Shown piece after piece: positions 9,737-20,194 of a stretch of 64,000 bases of DNA. Source of the DNA: Terriglobia bacterium (GTDB lineage: Bacteria > Acidobacteriota > Terriglobia > 20CM-2-55-15). Under the pieces are notes generated by a model, which ran no database searches, was not told where the DNA came from, and saw nothing but the letters and a program-made list of their open reading frames with translations. The stretch is from contig CBDAOY010000008.1 of the NCBI GenBank assembly GCA_965198225.1, positions 608,001 through 672,000 on the forward strand, read 5' to 3'. Positions within the stretch are counted from its first letter, which is position 1, and each line of letters opens with the position of its first letter. The translations under genes were made by a program, and so were the position numbers.

Positions 9737-11583
9737 CGGACCGGCTCCAAGTTCCTCAGAACCTCGTATATCTCAATGGGGTGTGTCTTACCTTTGACGG
9801 GCTCTCTCCCGCGATGCGTCGTTTGGATTGTCTCGCCGGCCGCCTCGACGGTTTCCCTGCTGATCAGGATTTCGGCGTCCAGTCTGCGCGTCAGGCTTTC
9901 GATACGGGAAGCCGTGTTGACCACGTCACCGATCGCTGTGTAGTCCATCTTCTCGGGCGATCCCATGTTGCCGACGATTGCCTCGCCCGTGTGGATTCCT
10001 ACTCCGATTCGAATCGGTTCCGCTCCATGTTCGGCGAGCTTCTCGTTGACCTGATCCAGCGTCGCTACCATCTCCAGCGCCGCCTGTACTGAATGCAGCG
10101 GGGCGTCGGGATCATCCAACGGCGCTCCGAACAAAGCCATGATCCCGTCGCCGATGAACTTGTCGACCATCCCGCCCCGATCCTGAATCGCCCTAACCAT
10201 TCCGGTGAAATACTCGTTGAGCTGCTGAACCAGCGCCTCGGCCTCCAGGCCCTCCGAGCGTGAGGTGAAGCTCCGGATGTCGGCAAAGAGAACGCTGATC
10301 CGCTTCCGTTCTCCTTCCAGATGCAATCCTTCCGGGGATCTCAGTATCTGTTCGATCACGGCATCGTTGACATACCGCTTGAACACGCTCCTCAGATACC
10401 GTTTCTGCCGGCCTTCGCGCATGTAGTTCGACACCTGGGCCGACCCCATGGCCAGTGCGGAGCCCACGACCGGCGCGACGAGGTGCAGCCAGTACCCGTC
10501 AGGGAAAAGCAAAGAGAACGCGGCGAAAACGAATCCCGCCACCACCAGCACGCTCGCCGATATGGCCCAGAGGGGAGAAAACCGGAAACAGAGAAACGTG
10601 ACCAACGAAACTAACGCCAGGGCCGCCTGAAACTGACGCGCAGGGCCGATCTCCTCGATGAAGCTGTCCTCCAGCAGCGTTGCGATCGTGCTGCCGTGAA
10701 TTTCGATGCCGGGTGTGCGCCACGGGCGGGTGGGGTCGGTCCGATCCGTCCAGTAGTACTGTGGCGTCGAATGAAAATCCTCGTCACCCCGTTCGCCGAC
10801 ACGCCCGATCAGGACGATGCGTCCGCCGAAGTTCTCTTCGAAGAATCCCAGGTCGTCTCTGTTCGCCGCCTCCACCGCCGCCGAGAACGGTATGCGGTCG
10901 AAATGGTTGGGACCCCGGAAGTTGACCAGGATCGTCCCGGGGGATTCGGCCTCGGCCGGTAAGGCCCGGTCGGTCTTTCCGGCGAATGCGCTGGCGATCG
11001 CCAGGGGGAAGCTGGGCTGGAGGCCGTTCTCGGAGGCTCCTGCGACTTCCTGGCTCCGGACGAAGTCGTCGCTGTCGGTCGTCAGGTTGACGTAGGCGAG
11101 GGAGTGGCCCACAGCCAGGGCCGCGAAGCGCACCGCCTCGGGCGGTTGTTCCGTGCCATACCCGGTGATCCGGTAGGCGAGGACCACCGGCAACCCCCCT
11201 GGCCCGGCGCGCAGCAGGGCCTGGCTGAGCAACTGCTGGCCGACCGGGTCGAAGCGGCTGATGTCGGAGAAGATGAAATCGATTCCGACCACCGCGGCGC
11301 CGCCCTGGGCCAGCTTCTCGATGACGACGGCAAAATGCCGATGCCAGAGCATGAGCGGGTCCGGGATGGCCGCCAGCGTCTCCTCGTCGATCGCCAGGAC
11401 TGTGGTGGGGGCTTCGGGCGACGGCGGCAGCGATCCGCGGAACGCGAAGCGGAGGTCGTAGGTGCGCTTTTCGACAAAATCGCCGATGGAAGACGACTGG
11501 ATCAGGACGCCCACCGTTGTGGCTCCGAGACTGATGGCCATCCAGAGGAGGACGCTGGTGACGCGTGTCTTGTTGGGCGACAT
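9733..11583 (-). CDS. CHASE2-domain class III adenylate cyclase
   Basis: CHASE2 motifs (LAIDEETL, VVGIDFIF, DSDDFVR, GRIVLIG, TPGIEIH) and three TM helices. Cyclase motifs LFADIRSFT, DKFIGDGIMALFG and DYTAIGDVVNTASRIE; the Lys in DKFIGD suggests ATP specificity. Confidence 0.92.
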   Translation of the reverse strand: MSPNKTRVTSVLLWMAISLGATTVGVLIQSSSIGDFVEKRTYDLRFAFRGSLPPSPEAPTTVLAIDEETLAAIPDPLMLWHRHFAVVIEKLAQGGAAVVGIDFIFSDISRFDPVGQQLLSQALLRAGPGGLPVVLAYRITGYGTEQPPEAVRFAALAVGHSLAYVNLTTDSDDFVRSQEVAGASENGLQPSFPLAIASAFAGKTDRALPAEAESPGTILVNFRGPNHFDRIPFSAAVEAANRDDLGFFEENFGGRIVLIGRVGERGDEDFHSTPQYYWTDRTDPTRPWRTPGIEIHGSTIATLLEDSFIEEIGPARQFQAALALVSLVTFLCFRFSPLWAISASVLVVAGFVFAAFSLLFPDGYWLHLVAPVVGSALAMGSAQVSNYMREGRQKRYLRSVFKRYVNDAVIEQILRSPEGLHLEGERKRISVLFADIRSFTSRSEGLEAEALVQQLNEYFTGMVRAIQDRGGMVDKFIGDGIMALFGAPLDDPDAPLHSVQAALEMVATLDQVNEKLAEHGAEPIRIGVGIHTGEAIVGNMGSPEKMDYTAIGDVVNTASRIESLTRRLDAEILISRETVEAAGETIQTTHRGREPVKGKTHPIEIYEVLRNLEPVR

Positions 11584-11605
11584 GGGCTCTTTCGCCGATC
11601 GGGCG

Positions 11606-12499
11606 TTACTGGAGGCGGTCCAGTTCCACGTTGGCTGCGGCGATCAAGCCGGAGTTCCAGTAGAGCCAGGCCAGCCGCTGTCCGATTCGCGAGTCCGATC
11701 CCTCACCGCGGATCTCCGAGTAGAGAGCGGCGGCTTCGGCGTAGTAGCCGGCGTTCTCGAACACCGCAGCGCGAACCAGCGCACTGCCCTGATCGTCTCC
11801 GACAGGGGAGGGAAGGGACGGGTCGAGCGTGACGGTGAAGTTGGCCGCCTGCTGAGCAGCGACCTCTCCCCCTCGCTCGGCGACGACCTCCCACCGGTAG
11901 CTCTTCTCCTCCAGAGCGGGTCTGGATTCGGGGTAGCGCAGCGATGTCGACGAGACAGACTCTTCCCAGACCGGTAGACCGTCCTCGCTCGTCAGCGTCA
12001 GTCGGTAGGAGTCGGCGCCCTCGATCTCGCCCCACGCAAACAGGGGTCGCGGCTGGCTGATCTGTCCGCCCAGGTAGAGCGGGATTGCCGGGTATCCGCG
12101 ACCCCGGAGCCCCCCGACCCGCTCCATGCTCTCAGCGCCCAACGCCACCTGGGGAAGAACACAGATCGTGGGGCTCATACCGGGTTCGGGTCCGGTCACC
12201 CGCGTAACTTCGGTGCTGGTCAGTTCAACGACGCTTCCGTTCGAAAGACCGACCCTTCGCTCGGTGGGACAGAACACGAACGCGGCCTCTCCCGCGGCGG
12301 CTGTCACCCGGTCGCCTGCATAGAGCAGGTCCGCCAGCTGGGCGGGGCTCCTGGATCCGTCGCGCTCGATCTCGACCGTTCCGAGGGTTTCGAGCATCAT
12401 TCCCACAGCCGGTCCGCTCTGGGCGACGGCCGAGGGCGCGAGCAGACCAAGACCGAAAAGGAGAAGGAGCCCGGAGCGAATAGCAATCATTGTTTTCAT
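11606..12499 (-). CDS. Exported protein, FecR-like N-terminus and DUF928-like C-terminus
   Basis: Start reassigned to MKTMIAIRSG (signal peptide). LLYAGDRVTAAAG is FecR-like. RPLFAW...PALEEKSYRWEV...AVFENAGYYAEA resembles DUF928 by eye. Confidence 0.62.
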   Translation of the reverse strand: MKTMIAIRSGLLLLFGLGLLAPSAVAQSGPAVGMMLETLGTVEIERDGSRSPAQLADLLYAGDRVTAAAGEAAFVFCPTERRVGLSNGSVVELTSTEVTRVTGPEPGMSPTICVLPQVALGAESMERVGGLRGRGYPAIPLYLGGQISQPRPLFAWGEIEGADSYRLTLTSEDGLPVWEESVSSTSLRYPESRPALEEKSYRWEVVAERGGEVAAQQAANFTVTLDPSLPSPVGDDQGSALVRAAVFENAGYYAEAAALYSEIRGEGSDSRIGQRLAWLYWNSGLIAAANVELDRLQ

Positions 12500-12510
12500 T
12501 TTCGATTGGC

Positions 12511-15500
12511 TCAGAAGCCGAGCTTCAGAGCAAACCGGATCGAACGGGCGTCGACCTGGGTGTCGAAAGCACGTCCGAAGCCGGGGGATTCGAGAATTCG
12601 GACAGGAATACCGAAGTGTGTCCGATTCAGCAGGTTGAAGGCTTCCACACGAAAATCGATGCTCGCCGTCTCGCGGACCGGAAAACTGCGGGAAATAGCG
12701 GCGTCGATCGTACCTATCCCTTGGGTCCTGAAACTGTTCCTGCCGACGCGCCCATTCTGTCCGAGTGGAGCCGTCAGATTCAACAGCGAAACACCCGGGT
12801 TGAGGGCGATAGCCTGGAGCCCGGACGGGTTTACGGTGATGCCCTCCGTCGAGTCCAGACGATCCGTCAGGTTTCCGTCGCGATTGCGATCCAACGACGT
12901 GTTCACCGTGTAGGGCTGGCCTCCCTGGAACTCGGCCACAACGGCAAACGTCCAGTCCCTCAATGCCCGGTGCGTGCCAGGCAGGTCCCACAGCAGGAAC
13001 CCGGAGACGCGGTGGCGCGCATCAAAGCTTGCCGATGCACGTTCGGCGGCCATGTTGTTGTCCTGCGGCAGCGAAAAGAAACCGCGCCCGTCGAACTGAT
13101 CCGACACCTCATCGATCGCGTGGGCCCAGGTCCAGTTGGAACGAAACTGGATTCCCCGGCTCAGGCGCCGTTCCACCGACAGCTGGAGCGAGTGGTATTC
13201 CGAAGTTGCCGAATCCTCCAGCAGCGTGAAAGCTCCCAAACCCCGCGTGGACCGTCCCTCCAGAGCGCCCGTCACCGTCGGCGGCAGGTCGAGAAGAAGA
13301 AGCGGGCGCAACGGAGAGGAAAACAGGACCGGCCCGGCGATCAGGCCCGCGTTAGGTGTCGTGAATCGCGACAGGCGAACGCCACGAGTGCCGACATAGC
13401 TCAGCGACACGAGCAGGTGCTGGTTGAACTGTCGTTCGGCGGACAGGACGAAATGTTGCGCGTAGCTGCCCTTGAAATCCGCGTTCGGCAGCGTGAAGGC
13501 CAGCCCGTTGCTGCTGAGGTTGGCTCCCGGAAGCGGCGGTGCCTGGATGAATAACGTCCCCAGGCCGGTTGCGAATGCGTCACCGCTCAGGTTGTAGGTG
13601 TTGAGGGTTCCGGGCCGGATCAACGGCTCGCCTGTCGGCACGAACGAAAAGAATGTCGGGCTGTTCAGGATCTGACCGGTCGGGGGCCGGAAGTTGAGGT
13701 CCAGGTTGAGCGGCGCGAAAGTCGGAAAGACATTGCGTGATTGGCTCGTGAATGCCCCGAGGTTGGCATCGAACTGCAGGCTGTAGCCGGCGCGCACGGC
13801 CATCCTGCCGTCACCGTTGGGATCCCACGCCATGCCGATCCGGGGCCCGAAGTTGTTCCGGTCGGAACCGTAGATGCGTTCGCGGTTCCCGACGAACCCG
13901 TTCAGGGACTCCAACGCGCGGTCGAATGCCCGGTTGCCGGCGCGGATGATCGCTCGGTCCCTGGCGCTCCCGGACGGTTCCAGGTGGGGGAACTGGTCGG
14001 CCTGCAGGCCGAAAGTGTCCTCGATCCTCTGGTTGACCTCACGCGGTACGGTCTGGAGTTCGTAGCGGAGCCCCAGGTTCAATGTCAGGTTGGGTCGGAT
14101 CTTCAAGTCCGACTGCGCAAAGAAGTCAAACTGCATCAGACGTAGACCGATCGTGGTGTCGGCGACCGGCTGCGTGCTGATGGTCTGAAGGAAACCAGCC
14201 GGTGCGCCCAGCGCGGCCAGGTCTGTTCCGCGGAGCCGTCCGTCCGGAGTCGCGAAAGGGCACAGCGGGTTGTTCCGACAGCCGGCTGAAACCGCACCCG
14301 CACCGAACAACACAAGCGGCCGGCTGTTGCGGTCGGCAAAACTGTTCAGTTGCGACCGGCGGATGTCGAAACCGACTTTGGTCGTGTGCCACGCTCGGGT
14401 CCACGTCACGAAATCGCTGATTTGGAAAGTGTTGTGAACTCTTCCCTGGGGGAAGTTGAAGACGTCGATTCCGATCGTGCTGTAGGGAAGGATGGTGAGC
14501 TGCCCGATCGGACCGGTCGCCCCGAAGGGACCGAATCGTCCGTACGGCGTGTCGATCAGGCGCGCGAATTCGTCCGGAAGCGCATCCGACTGTGTCGATC
14601 CGAACAGAAGCGGGCTGCCCTTTTCTGGTGGGAAAGCCAGTCGGGTCCGGCCGTAGGAGAAGCGAAAGACATTGCCCAACTCCGGTGTGGTCGAGTTGAC
14701 GAACAAAGAAACATTCTGCGTTCGGGTGTCGGTGGCCAGTGTCGATTGGATTGCCTCACCGGTGAAAGGAATCACGGAATCATCGTCGGTGTAATTGTAG
14801 CGCGCTGTCACCGTGTGACCGTTGGAAGGGTACCAGTCGAGGCGGGCCGAAAACACGGAGCCCGTGCCTTCGAACGGCCCCGCCTGGGAATAATTGTTTG
14901 CGCCGAACGGTCCGGCCGGGTTGTTGGGCAGCGGATAGAGCGAAAATATCCCGCCCCCGGCAGCGTCCGAGTAGGGAATGCCCCGGTCGGCAAAGAAGGC
15001 GCCGAGTTCTTCGATGGGGACGAAGCCGTCACGGACGCGCAGGCCCCGTTCGGCCGCGCTCGGAACGACGAAATGCCGCATGGCCGTGCCGCGATGGCGT
15101 TGGCGCTCGGCCGAAACGAAGTAGAAAAGCCGCTCACCGACGATCGGCCCGCCCAGGGTGCCGCCGATCAGCTGGCTGCTGGAGTCCTCGCCCGTGTAGC
15201 GGCCGCCGTCGAGCCCCGGCCGATTCACCGTGTCTTCAAAGGGGTGCTCGAAGAAGTTGCGGGCGTTCCAAACGTCATCGGTGAAGAACCCGTACAGGCC
15301 GCCGTGAACAGTCGCCTGCCCCGAGCGCGACACGGCGTTAACCATGGATCCGGAACTGCGGCCGAACTCGGCCGGGAAGCCCGCAGTGACGATCTGGAAG
15401 TCCTGAACGCTTTCGATGCTCTGAGGAACCAGTGCGACGAAGCCCTGTCTGCGGACCCCGATGTCTTCATCGTTGTTGTCGGAGCCGTCGACCGTGAAAT

Positions 15501-16242
15501 TGTTGCTCCGGCTCCGGATGCCGTTGACAGAGAACTGGCCGGTCGCACCGACTCCGATTCCGACCGCCGGCCCGCTGCCCGAGCTGAAGGGCACCCTGAA
15601 GACGCCCGGGGAGAGGAAAGAGAGCTGATCGAATGTTCGTCCTCCCCGGAGCGGCAAACTTTGGACTTGGACGCTGTCGAAGTTTGAACGAAGCGTCCAG
15701 TCGAGCGTCGATGCGAGTGAGGTAAAACCGGGTTCGTTGAGGAAAGCCAGTATCGACGGCTCGGGTCCCGTGGCGGTCAGATCGACCAGGGCAATGCGAG
15801 CCTGCTCTCCCTGGACGGTGATCTGCTGCGTCGGCGTCGACACGAGCGCTCGGAGGTCGAACGGAGGAATGACGACTTTGGGTTGATTGAGCCGGATCAG
15901 GACACCGGTCCGTTCGCTCGAGTAGTACCCTTCTTTTTCGGCGGTGACGGTGTAGTTGCCAGGCTCGAGCTGTATGAAGACATAGTTGCCGTCCGCCCTT
16001 GTCGGTACGTGCTTCGTCCAGCCCCGAGCGACATTGACCAGTGTCATGGTCGCATCTGCGATGGGGTTGCCGCTGACGATGTCTCGCACCGTACCCCGGG
16101 CTTCGCCGTTCAGCGTATCGGCCTGAACGGCGAACGGGCTCGCGAACAGAAAGATGACCAGGACGAGTTGTGCCGATCGCCGCACGAAGAGAAACGGCGG
16201 GCTGGGGCGGTAGCCACCGAGAGGGGTGGGTGCGCTCGTCAC
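12511..16242 (-). CDS. TonB-dependent receptor, Oar-like, with carboxypeptidase-regulatory-like N-domain
   Basis: LPLRGGRTFDQLSFLSPGV, SVNGIRSRSNNFTVDGSDNND, DRNNFGPRIGMAWDP and C-terminal ...FALKLGF. The GTG start overlaps the upstream stop (GTGA at 16239-16242). Confidence 0.9.
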   Translation of the reverse strand: MTSAPTPLGGYRPSPPFLFVRRSAQLVLVIFLFASPFAVQADTLNGEARGTVRDIVSGNPIADATMTLVNVARGWTKHVPTRADGNYVFIQLEPGNYTVTAEKEGYYSSERTGVLIRLNQPKVVIPPFDLRALVSTPTQQITVQGEQARIALVDLTATGPEPSILAFLNEPGFTSLASTLDWTLRSNFDSVQVQSLPLRGGRTFDQLSFLSPGVFRVPFSSGSGPAVGIGVGATGQFSVNGIRSRSNNFTVDGSDNNDEDIGVRRQGFVALVPQSIESVQDFQIVTAGFPAEFGRSSGSMVNAVSRSGQATVHGGLYGFFTDDVWNARNFFEHPFEDTVNRPGLDGGRYTGEDSSSQLIGGTLGGPIVGERLFYFVSAERQRHRGTAMRHFVVPSAAERGLRVRDGFVPIEELGAFFADRGIPYSDAAGGGIFSLYPLPNNPAGPFGANNYSQAGPFEGTGSVFSARLDWYPSNGHTVTARYNYTDDDSVIPFTGEAIQSTLATDTRTQNVSLFVNSTTPELGNVFRFSYGRTRLAFPPEKGSPLLFGSTQSDALPDEFARLIDTPYGRFGPFGATGPIGQLTILPYSTIGIDVFNFPQGRVHNTFQISDFVTWTRAWHTTKVGFDIRRSQLNSFADRNSRPLVLFGAGAVSAGCRNNPLCPFATPDGRLRGTDLAALGAPAGFLQTISTQPVADTTIGLRLMQFDFFAQSDLKIRPNLTLNLGLRYELQTVPREVNQRIEDTFGLQADQFPHLEPSGSARDRAIIRAGNRAFDRALESLNGFVGNRERIYGSDRNNFGPRIGMAWDPNGDGRMAVRAGYSLQFDANLGAFTSQSRNVFPTFAPLNLDLNFRPPTGQILNSPTFFSFVPTGEPLIRPGTLNTYNLSGDAFATGLGTLFIQAPPLPGANLSSNGLAFTLPNADFKGSYAQHFVLSAERQFNQHLLVSLSYVGTRGVRLSRFTTPNAGLIAGPVLFSSPLRPLLLLDLPPTVTGALEGRSTRGLGAFTLLEDSATSEYHSLQLSVERRLSRGIQFRSNWTWAHAIDEVSDQFDGRGFFSLPQDNNMAAERASASFDARHRVSGFLLWDLPGTHRALRDWTFAVVAEFQGGQPYTVNTSLDRNRDGNLTDRLDSTEGITVNPSGLQAIALNPGVSLLNLTAPLGQNGRVGRNSFRTQGIGTIDAAISRSFPVRETASIDFRVEAFNLLNRTHFGIPVRILESPGFGRAFDTQVDARSIRFALKLGF

Positions 16243-19200
16243 CGAGCGCCCTGCCTCATACGCCGAATCGCGTCGCGGATTCCTTCGTCGTCCGGAAACA
16301 GCTCGAGCCCCCGTTCCAGAGTTTGGATGCCGGCACCACAGTCTCCGGCTTCGCACTGAATCTCGGCGAGCAGCACGTAAGCCGCCGGCAGTTGTTGCCG
16401 CTCGCGAACGCGGTCCTGGCCGGCGACAACGTCATCGAGAAAACCGATCGCATCCCCCAGACGGTCCTCGACCCGGAGCGTTCGAGCCACGAGCATTCGT
16501 ATCCCGACGTCGGGTCCCGTCTCCTCCAGGGCTTCCAGGTAGACTCCGACTCCATCGGCATCGCTCACCGCCCTCGCTGCGGCGTAGACTTCGTGAGCGC
16601 GCCGATCCGGATGGTAGGCGATCTCGAAGTCCGCGAACTGGCTCGGATCGAGAGCGTCTTCGGGGAACATCAGGCTGTCGATTGTCAACGGAGAGAAATC
16701 AGGGACGATGCCGAATACGTTCCGATCGAGGGCGCGCTCCATCAATTCCAGGGCTCGAGCGTACTCCCGCTGCTCGATCAACCGCAGGGCCCAGCGGTAC
16801 ACGGTTTGATGGATGCCGTGGGCGTCGTTGCCGAAGTTGAATGCGGTACTCGTCACGAGTCTCAGTTCGGCCGGGCTGATGTCGTCGAAGGCATCGAGGA
16901 AGCTCTCGAGACCCCCGCTGTCGGAACGCCATGCTTCTTCGGCCTGTCGTTGCAGGGTCCAGAATCGCGTCCGAACCACGTCGGAAAGGCTCGAGGCCGG
17001 CAGGGAAGCGACATTCGCCTCCTCGGAGTAGTCGTCCTGGAACTGGAGTATGGCGTTGCGGAGGGCGATGTCCTCGGGGGCCGTTTCCGCAGCTCCCAAG
17101 TATATCGACCAGGCCTCGTCGTAACGGCGTCCGCTGATCTCGTCGGCCGCCTGGCTCAAACTCACGTCCACGATGGCCCCGCGAGTCTGAGTGATCAATT
17201 CCTGCAACTCCGGCTGCTGATCCAGTTCGATCGTCAGGTCCAGAGCCGCTTCGAAGGATGCGAGCGCCTCTCGATAGTTTTCCTGCGCGAACCGTATCTG
17301 GCCGCGGAGCCTTTGGGGCGCCGCGTACCGCGGGTCGGCTTCGATGGCGAGCTCCAGCTCTCGTTCCGCATCGTCCAGCCTTTGAAGGACCAGGTGGAGG
17401 CTGGCCAGATTGTGATGCGCGAAAGCATTCGACGAATCCAATTCGATGGCCCGCCGGTATTCATCCTCCGCGTCATCGATCCGGCTTTGCCGACGCAGGA
17501 AGCTGCCGTAGAGGACATGCAGGTTTGCGTCTTCCGGGGCCAGCGTGATGGCCTGTCGGAACAATGCGTCGGCATCGTCGTCTCGACCCTCCGAAACAAG
17601 GAAGTCGCTGTAGGACTCGATGACGGGAATGCTGCTCGGGTCCGCCCCCGCCACGGCGGCGAAGACCGGCTCGGCGTCGGCTCCGCGCCCGGCCTGAACC
17701 AGTAGGTCGCCGAGGCTCGCCTGGAACGACGTTTCATCCGGTTCCAGGCGGATCGCCCGGCGAATCATTTCCTCGGCCTCGTCGAGCTGCCCCAACCGCC
17801 GCTGGAGCTGTCCGTAAGTGTGGTAGGCGTACGCGTTGCCCGGGTTGAACTCGACGGCGCTCTCCAGTTGCGCCTCGGCTTCCTCGTTGCGGCCCAGCAA
17901 CAGGTACAACTGCCCGAGCCCGTGGTAGGCGGTGCTGTCTTCGTCGTCGTTAGCGAGCGCGGCCTCGAAACCGGCCTCGGTCTCGTCGTAGCGGCGCTGC
18001 TCCAGGTAGACCAGCGAAAGGGTGTAGCGGGGGTAGTTCCACTCCGGGGTCAGCGCGATCGCCTGCTGAAGAGGTGGCATAGCCTGTTCGAACAGTCCTT
18101 GCTGCCAGTACGCCAGGCCGATCGCGTTGTGGGCATGGCTGGCCTGGTCGTCGAGATCAATCGCCTGCTGCAGCTGCTGAACCGCGCCCGCGTATTGGCC
18201 ATCCTCGATCAACGCCCGGCCGTCGAAGAAGCTCTGCTGGGATTCCAGCTCCGGGTTGGACTGGAACAGTTGGCGAACCCGGGCCGTCAGAAGGGCGCCC
18301 TCTTCGAAGATCTCCGCGTTCCAACGGATGTCGCCGCCGCGCCGGTACTTGAGGATTGTCCGCTGTGCCCGGTTCCCGAGCGCGACGACGAGACGGTTCC
18401 GCACGTCGTCGACGATATCGGCCGGCAGGCCCCCTTGCAGTTGATCGTAATAATCCGAGGCGGACTGACCCGGCGGGGCGATCAAGTCATCGGCCCAGAG
18501 CGCTTCCTCGAAGTCCCGATATACCTGGACGAGCCCTGCAGGAACGCCGGGCGGAACCGGGTTCTGCGAAGGGGAGACCGGACGGGCCACGACGTACCGA
18601 AGCTCGCCGCTGTCCAGGTCGAACACATGCGATCCCGGGAACAGCTCCAGGCGGAACCGGTACTCGCGGTCGGGCGAGGGGACGAGTCTCAGGTTGTGAA
18701 CCCCCGGCGTCAGTCCGCGTAGCTGAACGAGCCGGTCGGCCGTCTGGCTGTTGCCGAAATAATCGTCGTCCAGGTAAACATCGGTCGGGTCGTCCAGTCG
18801 AATCAGCAACACCGCCGGGGACCCCGTGGCCGGGAGGATCTGGGGAAGTGGCGGCACGACTGGGGCTAGCGACGCTGTCCGGATGCTCCCGCCCGGTTGG
18901 AAACTCCAGCCCAGCGAGTCCATCCTCAGCGTGTTGGATCCTGCCTCCAGCGTCAGAGCGACCACGCGTTCCTGATTGTCGGCGTCGTAGAAATACAGTT
19001 CCAGCTCGCCGGCCTCGAGCGGCATGATTTCGACGTCGCCTTCGGCTCCCACAATCCGTTGGACGACACGGGATTCCGTTTCGGGGTCCAGCCATTCGAC
19101 CCGCTCATAGCCACTCGCGCCGGCGCCGACGATCAACAGCCCGGTCGCATCCGTCTCAACTTCCGGGGTTGGACCCGGCAGTTCGAGGTAAGCGAGGGGC

Positions 19201-20042
19201 AGTTCGGGGTCGAAGTCGTCATTCGACATGGGATTCTGCTGGTTGGCCGTGTATTTCGGGACCTCCGAACGGACGTAGCCGACCACGTCCCCCGCCGCGG
19301 CGACGGTCGAACCGGGCTCAGCGCCGAATCCGTTCAAAGCCTCGAGCAGTGTATGGGTGAACACACCGCTCCCCAGGTCGTCCCTTTCCCAGGATGCTTC
19401 GGTCGGTCGGCTGGCCAGCAGGTTGAGGAACGATCCCTCACCTGCGTCAATTTGCAGGAGTTCGTCGTTGATCAGGTTCTGGATCCTCGAGGCCAGTTCG
19501 GTCTGCTGCGGCCCGATGCGTCCGGCGTTGCACATGTCCGTGACGAGAATGCGGGTGTTGGCATGAGCCAGGCCGGCTTCGACCATGTCCTTCAGGTGCG
19601 AGAAGTTCACCGCGGAGGCCGCCGGAAGGTTCAACGCGCCGTCGCTGGGTATGAAGTAACCCACCCGGTTCTTGATGAAGCCATGACCGGCCAGGTAGAC
19701 GTAAACGGTGTCACCCGCCTGGACTTTCCCCTGCAATTCCTCCAGCGCCACCAGGACACCGAATCGAGTGGCCTGATCTTCGAGGAGCGTAAAGACATGT
19801 TCTTCGGGTATGCCTCCCCCCCGGGGGCTCTGAAGAAAGTCGCTGAAGGAGTCCGCGTCGGAGGCGGCAAACTGGAGTGGTTCGGCGTGCGCGTAATTAG
19901 ACACTCCGATCACGATCGCCCACAGCCGTTCGCTGTCGACCTGTGGTGTGTCCTGGGCGAGGAAGGGGGTCGCCGACAGGGCGATGACCAGAACGATGAT
20001 CCCAGGGAGTCGGTGGCTTATTGGTTGTACCCGCCGTGACAA
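16239..20042 (-). CDS. Secreted caspase-family (peptidase C14) protein with long TPR array
   Basis: Signal peptide; WAIVIGVSNY; catalytic His (YLAGHG) and Cys (TDMCNAG); GVFTHTLLEALNG; a PEGA-like segment; more than 10 TPRs. Confidence 0.9.
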   Translation of the reverse strand: MSRRVQPISHRLPGIIVLVIALSATPFLAQDTPQVDSERLWAIVIGVSNYAHAEPLQFAASDADSFSDFLQSPRGGGIPEEHVFTLLEDQATRFGVLVALEELQGKVQAGDTVYVYLAGHGFIKNRVGYFIPSDGALNLPAASAVNFSHLKDMVEAGLAHANTRILVTDMCNAGRIGPQQTELASRIQNLINDELLQIDAGEGSFLNLLASRPTEASWERDDLGSGVFTHTLLEALNGFGAEPGSTVAAAGDVVGYVRSEVPKYTANQQNPMSNDDFDPELPLAYLELPGPTPEVETDATGLLIVGAGASGYERVEWLDPETESRVVQRIVGAEGDVEIMPLEAGELELYFYDADNQERVVALTLEAGSNTLRMDSLGWSFQPGGSIRTASLAPVVPPLPQILPATGSPAVLLIRLDDPTDVYLDDDYFGNSQTADRLVQLRGLTPGVHNLRLVPSPDREYRFRLELFPGSHVFDLDSGELRYVVARPVSPSQNPVPPGVPAGLVQVYRDFEEALWADDLIAPPGQSASDYYDQLQGGLPADIVDDVRNRLVVALGNRAQRTILKYRRGGDIRWNAEIFEEGALLTARVRQLFQSNPELESQQSFFDGRALIEDGQYAGAVQQLQQAIDLDDQASHAHNAIGLAYWQQGLFEQAMPPLQQAIALTPEWNYPRYTLSLVYLEQRRYDETEAGFEAALANDDEDSTAYHGLGQLYLLLGRNEEAEAQLESAVEFNPGNAYAYHTYGQLQRRLGQLDEAEEMIRRAIRLEPDETSFQASLGDLLVQAGRGADAEPVFAAVAGADPSSIPVIESYSDFLVSEGRDDDADALFRQAITLAPEDANLHVLYGSFLRRQSRIDDAEDEYRRAIELDSSNAFAHHNLASLHLVLQRLDDAERELELAIEADPRYAAPQRLRGQIRFAQENYREALASFEAALDLTIELDQQPELQELITQTRGAIVDVSLSQAADEISGRRYDEAWSIYLGAAETAPEDIALRNAILQFQDDYSEEANVASLPASSLSDVVRTRFWTLQRQAEEAWRSDSGGLESFLDAFDDISPAELRLVTSTAFNFGNDAHGIHQTVYRWALRLIEQREYARALELMERALDRNVFGIVPDFSPLTIDSLMFPEDALDPSQFADFEIAYHPDRRAHEVYAAARAVSDADGVGVYLEALEETGPDVGIRMLVARTLRVEDRLGDAIGFLDDVVAGQDRVRERQQLPAAYVLLAEIQCEAGDCGAGIQTLERGLELFPDDEGIRDAIRRMRQGAR

Positions 20043-20115
20043 TCGCGAAGTCCTCGCTAATCGGTGTCCGTAGGGTGATCGTCCGTGTCGCGCGAAATTT
20101 ACTTACTGATAGCAC

Positions 20116-20143
20116 ATTAAAAGAGGGACATGCTGCGCGTCAA
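20116..20143 (-). promoter_or_regulatory. Putative sigma70 promoter of the caspase operon
   Basis: TTGACG-N16-TTTAAT on the minus strand in an AT-rich patch ~75 nt upstream of the start. Confidence 0.33.
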
Positions 20144-20194
20144 ATCTTGTTGCGATACGGCGAGGCGGTGGTTGGCGGTAAGATTTAATGCCGA

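Noticed and set aside
12500-12991. N-terminal extensions in the ORF track (11606-12991, 12511-16356, 24334-25389, 43315-44724, 58256-59143)
   Set aside because: They overlap upstream genes; internal starts with signal peptides or stop/start coupling are better supported.
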